From Vitrella brassicaformis CCMP3155 (lineage: Eukaryota > Protista > Chromerida), in assembly GCA_001179505.1 (NCBI GenBank), contig CDMY01000562.1:62001-126000 (forward strand): DNA of 64,000 bases, given 5' to 3'. Made by a program: the position numbers and the translations under genes. The notes under the pieces are model-generated. The model made no database searches. It worked only from the letters and a program-made list of their open reading frames with translations, and was not told the DNA's origin. Below, piece after piece: positions 53,262 to 64,000 of the stretch (within the stretch, counting starts at the first letter, position 1; the number at the start of each line of letters is the position of its first letter).

Positions 53262-54800
53262 ATGAAGTGGGCATCTTCTCTTTCCGTCCTTTGCCGTCTG
53301 CTCCTCCTTGCCACCGCAACATGTCAGCGGACACAGAGTGCCAAGACAGACATCGACTCCGCGATGCGAAGCATCGAGGACCTGCTTGGCAAAGTCAACA
53401 CGCTGCTCGTACGCACCGCTCAGGCCAAGGCCGGATCACACGGTGCTCACCACACGACTGCACGACATTCCCGAGACGCAGGCCTGTCAGCGAACGGCTC
53501 TTCGAGCGACGGCGGCGTGCGAGGTTGTCCAGTCATCAGCACGGTGCCCCTCCAGCCCAGACGTGACGGCTCAGTCGACTTCTCGTCCGCTCCCACAGAG
53601 GCCATTGCCGCAGACAGCGAACGCTACATCGCCCTGCAACTGGTACGTACGCACGGATACACTCACGAAGTTCTGTCCGTCGCCTGTCTGTCTGTCTGTG
53701 CCTGTGTGTTTGACTGCGTGCAGGGCCGGGCCAAGATGATGGGCTTCACTGAGGTCATTCTTGCAGTCAACTCGCGGAAGGGTGACGCTGACGTGCTCGT
53801 GCAGTCCCACAATGGGTAGGAACTCTCAGACAGACAGACAGACAGACGATGATTGCCCTCGCACTCACCCGTGCGTCTGTTTGCATTGCAATGCACCTTG
53901 CGCGCATCCCTCCCTTCCTTTGTGTGGTGTGTGTCACTCACTCACCTATTCACCGCATGGCATGCAGGACGGTGTATGGGCGATCCAATGCCAAGTCTGA
54001 CGGTGACGATTCGGTGTATGAAGACTACGTGGTTGTCCCGGCCGCTCACGGGGTGACCGCTCACGCGTTCATCGTCCCCGTCAACAACACAGACGCACAA
54101 GTGGTCAGCATACCAGCCAGCCAGCCTGCCTGCCTGCTATGTATGTAACACTTTATCCATGATATAGACGGTTTTGATGTCGTTCCGCAAGGATGGCGCC
54201 TGTGTTGTGCCCTTCAAGATCGCCGGCCTCGACAAGTCCGTGACCGACCCCTCAGTCATCGACCTGAAGGAAAACGCAGCGCCGCGACCGGTGGCCGACA
54301 AACGTCTTCACGCCGGGGCGGCCCCTCCTCACTCTGAGTCTCCCCGTCACCCTCCCGGCGCCATGCCCACCTTCGCCGCCTACAAGCAGCTTCCCGGCCT
54401 CCCTGAGGGGCAGGCAGACATGGCCAAGCGATTGATCGACGGCATCCGCCAAGGCAACGACACGGCCGGGGCGTTTGAGAGCAGCGGTCTCGACCCGTGG
54501 GAGTATCGACTCGCAAAGAACGTTTCTGTGGGCAACCTGTGGAAGGCAAAGGTATGAGAGAGAGAGTGTGTGTGTGAGGGTGTAAAGCGTGCGCGGTGGA
54601 TGGATGCGGTGCGCTCTCTGCAGGACGTCTCTGACTTCGAGCAATACTACTAGTGGGTGGCGCATGTGCGCACACAGCACACAGAAGGCTGGCTGACGAA
54701 GATGCGTGTGTGAGCGTGCTGCAGCTATTACTATTACTATTATCCGCCGTATTATTATCCGCCGTACTATCCGCCGTATTACCCGTATTACCCGGGTATA

Positions 54801-54833
<33 letters not shown>

Positions 54834-55147
54834 ACACAACGAGACGGGCCATCCATCCATCCATCCGTCCATCCATTCACTGCTTTCTTGTGTTGACACA
54901 GATTACACGTACGTTCAGTATGGCAACAACATCTATAAGTGCTATTACTACAGCAATACGTGCGTGCTCGTCAACTATATATATAACCCGATCCTGTAAG
55001 AAACGACCGACAGTCAGAGGGCATCGAATCCATCGATCGCACACGTGCTTGTTGCTGTGTCCGTCCCGTCCCGCCCCCAGTCCCACTCCTGAGCCCATAT
55101 ATGACCCCATAGTCTACCCCCCTTATCCTACCCCCTACCCCCCTTAG
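53262..55147 (+). CDS. Secreted protein with a Tyr/Pro-rich C-terminal tail (candidate cell/cyst wall protein); 8 exons
   Basis: Signal peptide MKWASSLSVLCRLLLLATATC. Phase-consistent splicing gives a tail ...EQYYYYYYYYYPPYYYPPYYPPYYPYYPDYTYVQYGNNIYKCYYYSNTCVLVNYIYNPILPTPEPIYDPIVYPPYPTPYPP*. Confidence 0.8.
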
Positions 55148-56297
55148 TATGTCATGGGGAAAGAAACCGCGCTCTTAGGTCTACATCGGCTGTCTGTATG
55201 GATTGCTCATCGATTCTTGCTGGGTTTGTGGATGAATGTGCGTGTGGTCAGCTACTATGGAAGCAACGGCGACCAGAACGTCTGATACAGAGCTGTCTGT
55301 ATATGACCCGCCATACTCGTGAGCAACTTAATGCATACGTAGGCAGTCATTCTCCTCTCCTCTCCTCTTCGCTTGCCTTGCCTTGCCTTGCCTGTCTGTC
55401 TGTCTGTCTGTCTGCAGGTATCCCTCCCTACTTGTGAGCACCGCAGGCCACGATACACACGCACTCACACCAGAGACATCACTGATACAAAACACACACA
55501 TGCATCACCTATGTCTCACCGTCTTGTCTGTCTCTCCCGTGTGCAGTTGTGTGTGTGGTCCTGCCTGCAGTGATATGTGGTGGGTCTGTCTGCCTGCCTG
55601 TCTGGCTGCATGCCTGCCTGTTGGGGCCGCCCGGCAGTCCTAAGGCCTGACCGAGGCGATATGGTGCGGCCTGACCGAGCAAACAGACGCCGCCTGTTTG
55701 CTCATCCATCCATATTTGTAAGTAACACGTGTGTGTGGCGTGCACCTTCCTTCTCTATCGCAGTGTGCAAGCATTGCCTTTGTTTATCTATCGACGCCCC
55801 GTGGATATATTGAAAGGCGTACGTACTCACTTGTGTGCATGTGTCTTAAGTCGGCGTGCTGAGCTACGTACGGGTTCTTGAGTGCTTATAGGTATGCATG
55901 TAGGCGTGCGCATATATAGTTGCCTGATTCGTTTAGGGAAGTTGACTGACGTCTCTCTCCAGCTAACTACGTAGACTGCAGGCCTGCCTGCCTGGGCGGG
56001 AAGGGAAGAGGGGTGCATGTGTGTCTGTACAGATGCCACGCCCAGCCTTGAGTTAGCAGAGAGAGTACACGTGTGTGTGTGTGTGTATGTGTGTTGGTTA
56101 GTGGGAATTGATTGCATGGCTGCATGTGTGTGGGGTATATGCATTTGCATACGCTGACTGACTGAGGGGTTTTCCTCCCGACATGCAGTGGGAACATAAG
56201 TGACGGTCGAAAATGGAGTCCCGTCCCGCACACCCGCTTGTTCCTCTCTTCTTCTGTCTCTCTCTATAGATACAGTACATGGGGAAACTACAGTAAC

Positions 56298-56425
56298 GGT
56301 GGCGGGCGGCGCCGCTGGAAGATACGTACGCCAGGCGGGCGCTGTCAGCGCGTGATTGAGAGCTGGTCGATTGACACAGTTCATTTCATGAGAGACCGAC
56401 AGACTCTGCCTGGTGTTACGCTATG
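56298..56425 (+). repeat. Dispersed repeat, copy 2 (copy 1 at 30113-30255)
   Basis: Same conserved blocks as copy 1, with a 4-nt insertion in the first hairpin loop. Confidence 0.9.
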
Positions 56426-56976
56426 CGAGGGCTGTCTTCCGGTCGGCCCTCTTTTTCGCTCTTTGCTCGTCAAGCTTAAGTAATTGATGACTTAGCCGCA
56501 CTTAATATAATTACGGCGACGTGTCAATCAATGGTTGGATGTATGGCAAGTCATTTCGATGCCCAGAAGGGGGGCCGAAACGTGTCTCGCTACAATCGTT
56601 GCATGCAGTCCTCGGCTGACACACTCGATCTGACACGGGCGGGCACCAATAGTGTTACCATCGACACAGACAGACACCCAGTCGTCTGACCACATTAGCA
56701 CACACACGATCAGAGGAGCTGGACAGGTATGAAGGGTACAAGTGTGTCAGAGAGATTTGGAGTTCTCTCCGGGCATAATTAAACGGACAGAGCACGGAGA
56801 CAGGAAAGCGACATTGTGCTGGTTCCAGCGTGAGCATAAGTAAGAGATGAATTGCAAGGCAGTCAGGAACACTGCGCATGTGACTGACGGCGCCGCTGAA
56901 AAGAGAGCGGAGGGAGGAGGGAGGCAGGGGGAGAGAGAAACCGTGACACGCCGCGGCCAGCCAGCCAGTCGGTTGG

Positions 56977-59900
56977 TCAGTCCCGGTAGAGCAGTGCCTC
57001 CTGCTGCCGGGCAAGGTCGCGTGCCCGTCTGTTGAGGACACTGACGGCCTGGTCGATGCCCGACAGTATCGACTGCGTCTCCTCCAACTCTGACGCAACC
57101 TCATCGCCCATACTGCAGTCAGTCCACACACACAGATGGATGGATGAATATATGCACACATGGACATACAGACAGACAGACCGACACGGAAGGAAGGATA
57201 CGGCCGTACGGACATGCACTCACTGACCGTTCTAGCTGTGAGAGCAGGGTGCCGGCGACAATCTCCAACGCCTGCTGCAGCTGCAACACAACACAACACA
57301 ACACAACACACGAAAGCAAGGGTCTATGCATCACACGATGGGCGTTGCGTGCGCTTCGGTCAGGTCAGCGGCTGACCTCTTCGACAGATATGGTGCCTTC
57401 GGCCTCCTCGCCCTCCTCCTCTTCTGCTGCCTCGTCAGCACCCTTGGCGCCCTTCCTCGCCTTGCCCTTGGCCTCTTCCTCAATCCCCTTTGTGCTGCAG
57501 TGCATGCATTCATAGACATGGCTCGGCCGTGTGGCAATACTTGTTCCCCGGCTGACTGACCGGTATGATGCCTTGGTGCCGCGCATCTGGTGCTGAGGAA
57601 GGGCGGGAGGCAGCTTGGTTGGCGCGCCGGGCAAGGCCTCGGCCTGGACATGAAGAGCGATGTCATGGATGCAGTCAGTGATTGACCGACTGGCTATGTG
57701 ACTGACCTCTTTGGACTTGGTGGTGCTTTTCATGGATTCGGTTCTGCTAAGGTCAGCGTCCTTGTCGAGGTCGCCCTCGCCCTTGCCCTTGTGCCTCATG
57801 GCGGCCGCCGCCATGTCAGCCAAACCGCCGCTGCCCTTGCCTTTGCCCTTGGCTGCACACATAGCCATTGTAGGTTGGGCTTGTGTGTGGGTGTGATGTG
57901 TGTCGGCATGAACACGCACATCCTTGCGTGAGGGCTGTGAGTCTGCGTGAGAGCTTCCGCAGGTCCACACGCTTGCACATTGCCACAACAGTGTTCTTGT
58001 ACACTGAACGAACAAGAGACGCATGCAGCCAGCCAGCCAGCCAGCCAGACACACCGAAATGGATGACAACCATCCGCCTTTCAGACACGCATTCCTTTCT
58101 CCATTCATTCTGCGGACGTACCTTTGTCAGCCCATTGCTTGAACTTGCCCCAGTACTCCAGTGTGTACACCCAGCGGAAATCAGGCTTCACATCCAGCAG
58201 CACCTGACGCGCCTACACAGACCGAAGGCACACACACACAGGCAACCAAACTCACAAAGCACATGCTCATTCAATGAATGGATGCATGAGCCAGCCATGA
58301 CTTGCTTGCCTCAGCGATGGCGTGTACGAGGATGGCGAGGATGAGATTGAGGAGCAGCCACTGCGTGATGGCCACGAAAATCAACACCAGAAAGGCACCG
58401 AACACAGGGTGGGAATCGTACCTGCAGACAGACAGACAGGCAATCGGTGACTTGACGTGGACCGGTGTATGTGGTGTCATGCTTACAGTTCCGACAGCTT
58501 CGAGTGGCCGATGAAGGTCTCTGCCAGAGTGATCAGCGCATTGCCAAACGTGGCAAACCTGAACAACACACCACACCACGCACAATTCGGTGTGTGTGTC
58601 CGTCGACTCAGGTCACGTACTGGAGGAATTCGTCAGAGAGTGCGAGGTTGAACGCCTCCAAAAAGCCCAAGTACAGCACCAGAAACAAGACGCTAAACGA
58701 CAGAATCGTCGATATCGACTGACCTACACACACACACACACGGGAGGGAGGGAGAGAGAGAGACAAAGGGGGATACACATGGAGACAGGTCGTTCATATC
58801 AGACATGTACATGTGCTATGTCGCATCCCTCCCTGGTACTGTGGTGGCTGACCGACAGTGAAGACAAGTATGCGGACGAATGGTATAAAAGCAAGGTACT
58901 TGACGCCCTTTGACCAGATGAGCACGACGTTGAAGGCGTTGATGAGCAGCGACACCTTGATGCGCCGTGCCAGCCACATGAACCCGTCCACCAACTCACC
59001 GGTCCCATCGAGATCCTTGCGAGACGCGTCATAGCCCAGATCGGCGTACTTGACGTCAAGCTGACCACAACAAGAGCGAGACACATGCACTACATGTGTC
59101 GTTGAAAAAGAGAGGAAGAAAGCAAGGAGAGAGAGAGACAGAGAGCGAGAGAACCCACCCGTCCATATGCGGCGTATATCTCGATCCTGAGAACGAAGAC
59201 GGCCAGGATGAGGATGAGGTTTGTCCAGTCCACCAAATTCCAAATATCACTGGTAGACAGACAGACAGAGAGAGAGACAGACAGACAGCACAAGCTACGT
59301 CTCTCCTTTCATGTGAAGCACGTAAGTGAGGGTGTGTGTGGGGGGGTGACTTGATGTGGCCTTGCCTTCCCTATCTACACCTACCTACCGCCAGTAGGAT
59401 GCATGGAAGATGGCGAGTTCCGAGACCTCCTCGGCGATGTAGTAAAAGACGAACACGCACACGATTATCTCCAATATCGTCGGGAACCAGTCAGCCGCAG
59501 AACCGCTGCCAAACAGCTGCAAATGCCTATACACACATGTGCCCACGCACACCGCATATGGTCATCCTCTGCGATGGACCTCTGTATTTAGTGTGCGCCT
59601 GCCTGGGCATGAGTGGCAGTGCCTCTGCCTGTGCTTGACATGAGCCGCTGGGCGGGAACTCAAAGGCGATACGGAGAGTTACGTACATACCTACACGAAC
59701 AGCAACACACGCATACACACACACACAGACAGAGAGAGAGAGAGGAAGGGACACACACAGAGAAAGAACCGTTTGTGCCATGCGGCCGACTTGGCCAACT
59801 GGCTGTCTCTCTCTGCGCGTGTGGATAGCCACCCATGTTTGGGTTGTAGATGACCGTCTCCACAAACACAGCACGCGCAGCGGCTTCAAGGTACCCGTCA

Positions 59901-61455
59901 GACTGACACATACATGCGCACGGTCTCTTGCATGGTTGTGTGCTTGCTGTGCTATGTCTTTCTCACCCCTACCCTCACCCTCACCCTTACCGACCCGCAT
60001 GGCCTGCAGCCGATCGATGGTGTCGGACACGTTGCCGATGAGGTATTCCACATAGCCTCCCGGCCCGTAGGTGGCCACCCGCCCCCTCCACGCCCTTCGC
60101 CACTTGCTCGGGTCCCAGTGCCGAAACCTGACCGATGACGGCGAGTCGGCAGGTGAGACAGAGAGGGAGACACCATCAACCTCTGCCTGTGCATTGACTG
60201 GTTTGACCTGTTTTTTGGTCCGTATGGCGCCCGCTCCTCAGCGCTTCTCGAGTAGCTGCCGAAGCACTCGCGGAGCTCCTCTTCAAACACCTCACTCACC
60301 TGACAGACAACCAAGATGTCCAGCTGTGCCGTTCCGTCCTGCTCGGCCACCAACCCACCTCGCAATTGGCGCCCGACTGCACTCGGAGGAGGCGGATGCG
60401 AAGGGCACCCAGGAGGCTGTTGGACCTGCGTGCGCACACATACATATACGCGTGTGTGTGGATAGGTTACGTACACACGGCTTCTCTGCGTACCTGTCAA
60501 CCCATACGGGAGGCGACTGCTGGCTGATCTGTGCGGCGATGGACTTGTCGGTCGTGTTGGCATACAGCACCGACAAGAAGGAACCCTCCATGTACTGGAG
60601 CGGCCACAGACATCACGGCCACACACAACGCAGCACAACACAAGAGACACGCACATGGCGAGACAGCGGATCTATCTGACTGTGTGGACGGACTTGCCAG
60701 AAGTCATGTGCCGACTGCACTTGGTGCAAGGCGATGGGCAGGGGGGGCGTGGCGGCGCTCCCCACCGAGCCGTATACGTTGGCGATGGCCGCGGCATCAA
60801 TGTCATCAGGGCCCGTTTCAGAAAACAACTCTGCATCACATTAGACGACACAGAATGTTTGCATGTCTGCAGGTGGCCGCCTACTCTGGATGTGCTGTGC
60901 GTAGTAGTATGGGGTGGGCTTGGACGTCAGGATGATTACTGCAAACACGCACAGACACACAGCACAGACACACAGCACATGCAGGCCGGGAATGTCTGCA
61001 TTTTGGTGCGTACTGAGGGAGAATGTGAATAGGAAGATGATGAAGAGAAGGATGTGCACGCATTGCTTGATGAACACGGCCCTCTTCCGCTCCGACGACA
61101 GGTGTTCATATCGGTCGGCTGCAAGGCGTTTTGGCACTCTTATGAATGAGGGCCGCCGCTCCCCCTCTTTCCCGCTGGCTGCCGCTGCCGCGGTGCCCTT
61201 GGACGAGGCCAGAATACTGCTCCGCATAGTGAGACTGGGGGAGCGGGGGCCTGTGTGGGCCAAAAAGGGCGCCCCGGCAGACTTAACTTGAAGAGACTCA
61301 GCGAATGAAAGGAGCAAAGCGTACGCTAATGAGACACACGGCGCAAGGATCCAAGGATCAATGGCCCAAGGCAAACCCTCAAAAGACACGCGATCAAAGG
61401 CAATCGTATCATAAGCAAGGGCCGCCCGGATCCATCGCCTTCTGTCTTCCGCCAT
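56977..61455 (-). CDS. Polycystin-2 (PKD2/TRPP)-like cation channel with a TOP domain and C-terminal coiled coil; many exons
   Basis: FIKQCVHILLFIIFLF; NSLLGALRIRLLRV; YLEAAARAVFVETVIYNPN; VTLRIAFEFPPSG; WNLVDWTNLILI; NAFNVVLIWSKGVKYL; FATFGNALITL; WLLLNLILAIL; coiled coil ELEETQSILSGIDQAVSVLNRR. The start could instead be 61506. Confidence 0.85.
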
Positions 61456-61550
61456 CGACCGTCTTACCTCCGATCCAAACGCGTCGAGACACTCAAGACT
61501 AGTCATAATTGTTCGCAGGATACACATCAGACTCAGTTACTGTGGTATTG

Positions 61551-63942
61551 TCACTCGCGCACAAAAGAAAAATGTGGGCAGAAATCATGGGGGTCGACAT
61601 TGACGCCGGCCCACTTGTCCGGATTAACAACCTGCCAAACAAAACAAGAGACACAACGAATTCGCCACACAATTACCCACCCCTACTCGTGGCTTGAAAG
61701 AGGCCTACCTTCGTCACAAAGATGTAGAAAAACACCAACATCGACAGACACACATGGATATTCGCCCACAGGCACACAAGTGTGCGATTCCACAGTACGC
61801 CCCTCTCTCCCTCTGATCGCGTGAGTGGCAAATTATGCCACCTGATCATCACCTGGCGAGAAGAGCACAGATTGACAAGATATGCATCGGTGGTCGGCAT
61901 AGATATGTTGTCTTACAACAAAAAGAAATGCCTCGGCAGCTGCCTCTATCAAGACCAAAACCATCAAGGCGCCGAGATCGTTTAGAAAGATGCTGAGAGA
62001 AGGACCTGCTGGCAGTACTTGACGGCCGACCATTACAAGGAAATTCGCGGCTACGAGGACAGTGCTCTCCATTAGAGAATACATCTGAGCAGAGGAAGGG
62101 ACGAAGAGAGAGAGAGAGGGGGCAACGATACGTTGTCGTCCATCTGTGTGTATCCTCCAGCAGCAGTGCATCAGTAGGACATGCACAGCCAGCTGTCTAT
62201 GGAGCCCAGAATCTGGTCCTCTGCTGGTAAGCTAATCGTCAACTCACGTGCATCTGCTCGGTCAGCTGACGAATGTACCGAGGTGTTAGCTCTAGCGAGG
62301 CGAATCTGAAGCGAAAAGCAAGCCTCGCCACAGCGTCAGCCGGTGGCATTTCGTGTGGCCGTGGTACATACGCTGAGGTGACAGAGACGACGTCCCTGAA
62401 AGTCGATGCTGAGCGCCTTATCTTCTCGTTGATGGAGCCTATCGATGAGCTCACGGTCGTCACAGTGCTTTGCCGTCGAAAAGATGAAAGCCCCGTTTCG
62501 CTCTGACGATTGATCGTGTCGGTCATGTCGGTCCTCACATTGTCACCGGCTTCGTCAGGGGCCTTCGTGCAGCGACCATAGAGTACGAACCTTTTGAAAC
62601 CTGCATCGGCCACATGGATTCTTCCATTGTCAGTTGTGAACTGATCGAAATTTGCCTCGTGCAGCGACTTGCCCAAGTACAGCAAAATGCCTGTATGGCA
62701 CACGCAGAGCGGAGTAGAGAGATTATGAATGCCCGTCTTTTTCATCCGGTGCGCGTACCGTAAGGGAGAAATAGGTCGGTGACAAGGTCGTAGCTATTAA
62801 AATAGAAAAGAAGGACATTATCCCTCTCATGTCACATGGATGCATCAACACTTACGCGACAATGAAGATCGAGTTGATGACTTTGCTGCTGAAGTTGACC
62901 ATTTTTGCCTGAGACGAATGGGAGAAAGAGAAACAGCCAATAAAGAAGACACTAGACATGCACACAAGCATCTCACTGTACTTGAAGGAGTCGAGAGACT
63001 ATTAGGTAGGGCAGTACCGCAAGTGAAATCAGAGGAGCACCGTACGTTGGCGGTCCCTCCTGATATCAACAAGACACGTACGAATTCAGCTCAGTTCTAT
63101 CGCTATATACCTGTCAACGTAACTCACCCGTATGGACCGCAAGAGTTTGTTCGCTGTGTGTGCCCGACAACATGCAGACACAGAAAAACACATGCACACG
63201 AGTAGGGAGATGTCTTTGTACTTACACACCGACCCAGAGACACGAGCGGCCACCCGACAATCAGAGAGATTAACGCCAGCTGGGTCCTTAATTATCATCG
63301 TCCAGCGCCACCCCAACTGGCAAGAAGAATTGCAGATATAATTGGCCTTGCAGAAATGCGAGACAGGAGACACTTGCAAGCTTCAGGGCGTAATCCTGTT
63401 TTCTCTTCATCCCGCTGGCTCGAGCAAAACTCCAAAAGAATGCGTAAGGGGTAACAACAAGGCAGCACCACCACACCGGAGCGATCAAATTTCGCCTCCA
63501 CATGACATCCCAGCGAGCGTGATTGGCCGAAATGAGAATGGACACGATCATTGGAATACCGAATATAAGCCGAGATCTCCACAGCCGAGACACGATCCTC
63601 CTCCCGCTGCATCCATCGGTGACGTGCACAAACACCAGGAACATGGTGAAGGCAACCAGAATTCGACGCACGACGTCAAAAGCGATCCCCAGGACACCCG
63701 TCGCTTTGCACGGATCGACGCAGATTAGCAACAGTGCAACAATACACAGGCTTACGCCGACGGCCGCCGCCAGCTGCCATAGAATAACTCGAAGGACTCG
63801 CTTGATGGTCGTCTTAAGCGGCTCTGGGCTGAAATGGGCGCCCACAAGTACTTCTGTTGTGCTGCCGTCAGGATGGCTTATCGTCTTGTACACGAGGCTT
63901 GTCTTATATTCTTCGTATGCCGCTTCGTATCCTGCAGCCTCC
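61551..63942 (-). pseudogene. Multi-pass membrane protein family, copy B (paralog of 3683-6023); first exon beyond the window; apparent 1-nt deletion at ~63288
   Basis: The exon starting at 63942 is highly similar in DNA to 4086 onward (REAAGYEAAYEEYKTSLVYKT). Colinear motifs NKLLRSIR, EGPP, RLLQ, PYGILLYL, RRQS, LELTPRY and MIRWHNLP follow. An in-frame TAA at 63288-63290 is bypassed only by a frame change. Confidence 0.7.
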
Positions 63943-64000
63943 CTGGACAGGCAGGGAGAACAGAGAGGCGTTCATTTGTGAGGCAATTCGGTATTATACC

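Noticed and set aside
56484-56636. Possible C/D-box snoRNA (tTGATGA...CTGA)
   Set aside because: The C box is imperfect, there is no terminal stem, and no rRNA-complementary guide was recognised.

Overview
Eukaryotic, GC-rich, intron-dense genomic DNA. Introns are short and filled with (GT)n, (CAGA)n, (CCAT)n and (GCCA)n microsatellites. The apicomplexan-type eL37 N-terminus ([15 protein letters not shown]) plus signal+transit leaders suggest a photosynthetic alveolate such as the chromerid Vitrella; this is inference, not a database result. I reconstructed about 20 spliced genes by hand from GT/GC-AG sites and reading phase, so exon boundaries are unverified predictions. They are: the 3' end of an ABHD/YheT hydrolase, RPL37, an APS/PAPS reductase-ATP sulfurylase fusion, plastid-type KsgA/RsmA, a P1B-2 Zn/Cd ATPase, DUF3228, a BIRC6-type E2, an EF-hand membrane protein, a plastid-targeted membrane protein, an ELO elongase, a very large eIF4G, mitochondrial S16, a secreted Tyr/Pro-tailed protein, a PKD2-like channel, two frameshifted inverted paralogs of a multi-pass membrane family, and several unknowns. 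There is one 300-N gap. No tRNA, rRNA, CRISPR array or autonomous transposon was recognised. Top leads: (1) a single-chain APR-ATPS fusion whose leader looks mitochondrial rather than plastidial; (2) a secreted protein whose last 86 aa contain 31 Tyr, a candidate dityrosine-crosslinked wall protein; (3) a ~220-aa Cys-rich insertion inside the P-domain of the metal ATPase; (4) intron turnover between two similar paralogs; (5) a PKD2 pore lacking the filter Asp.
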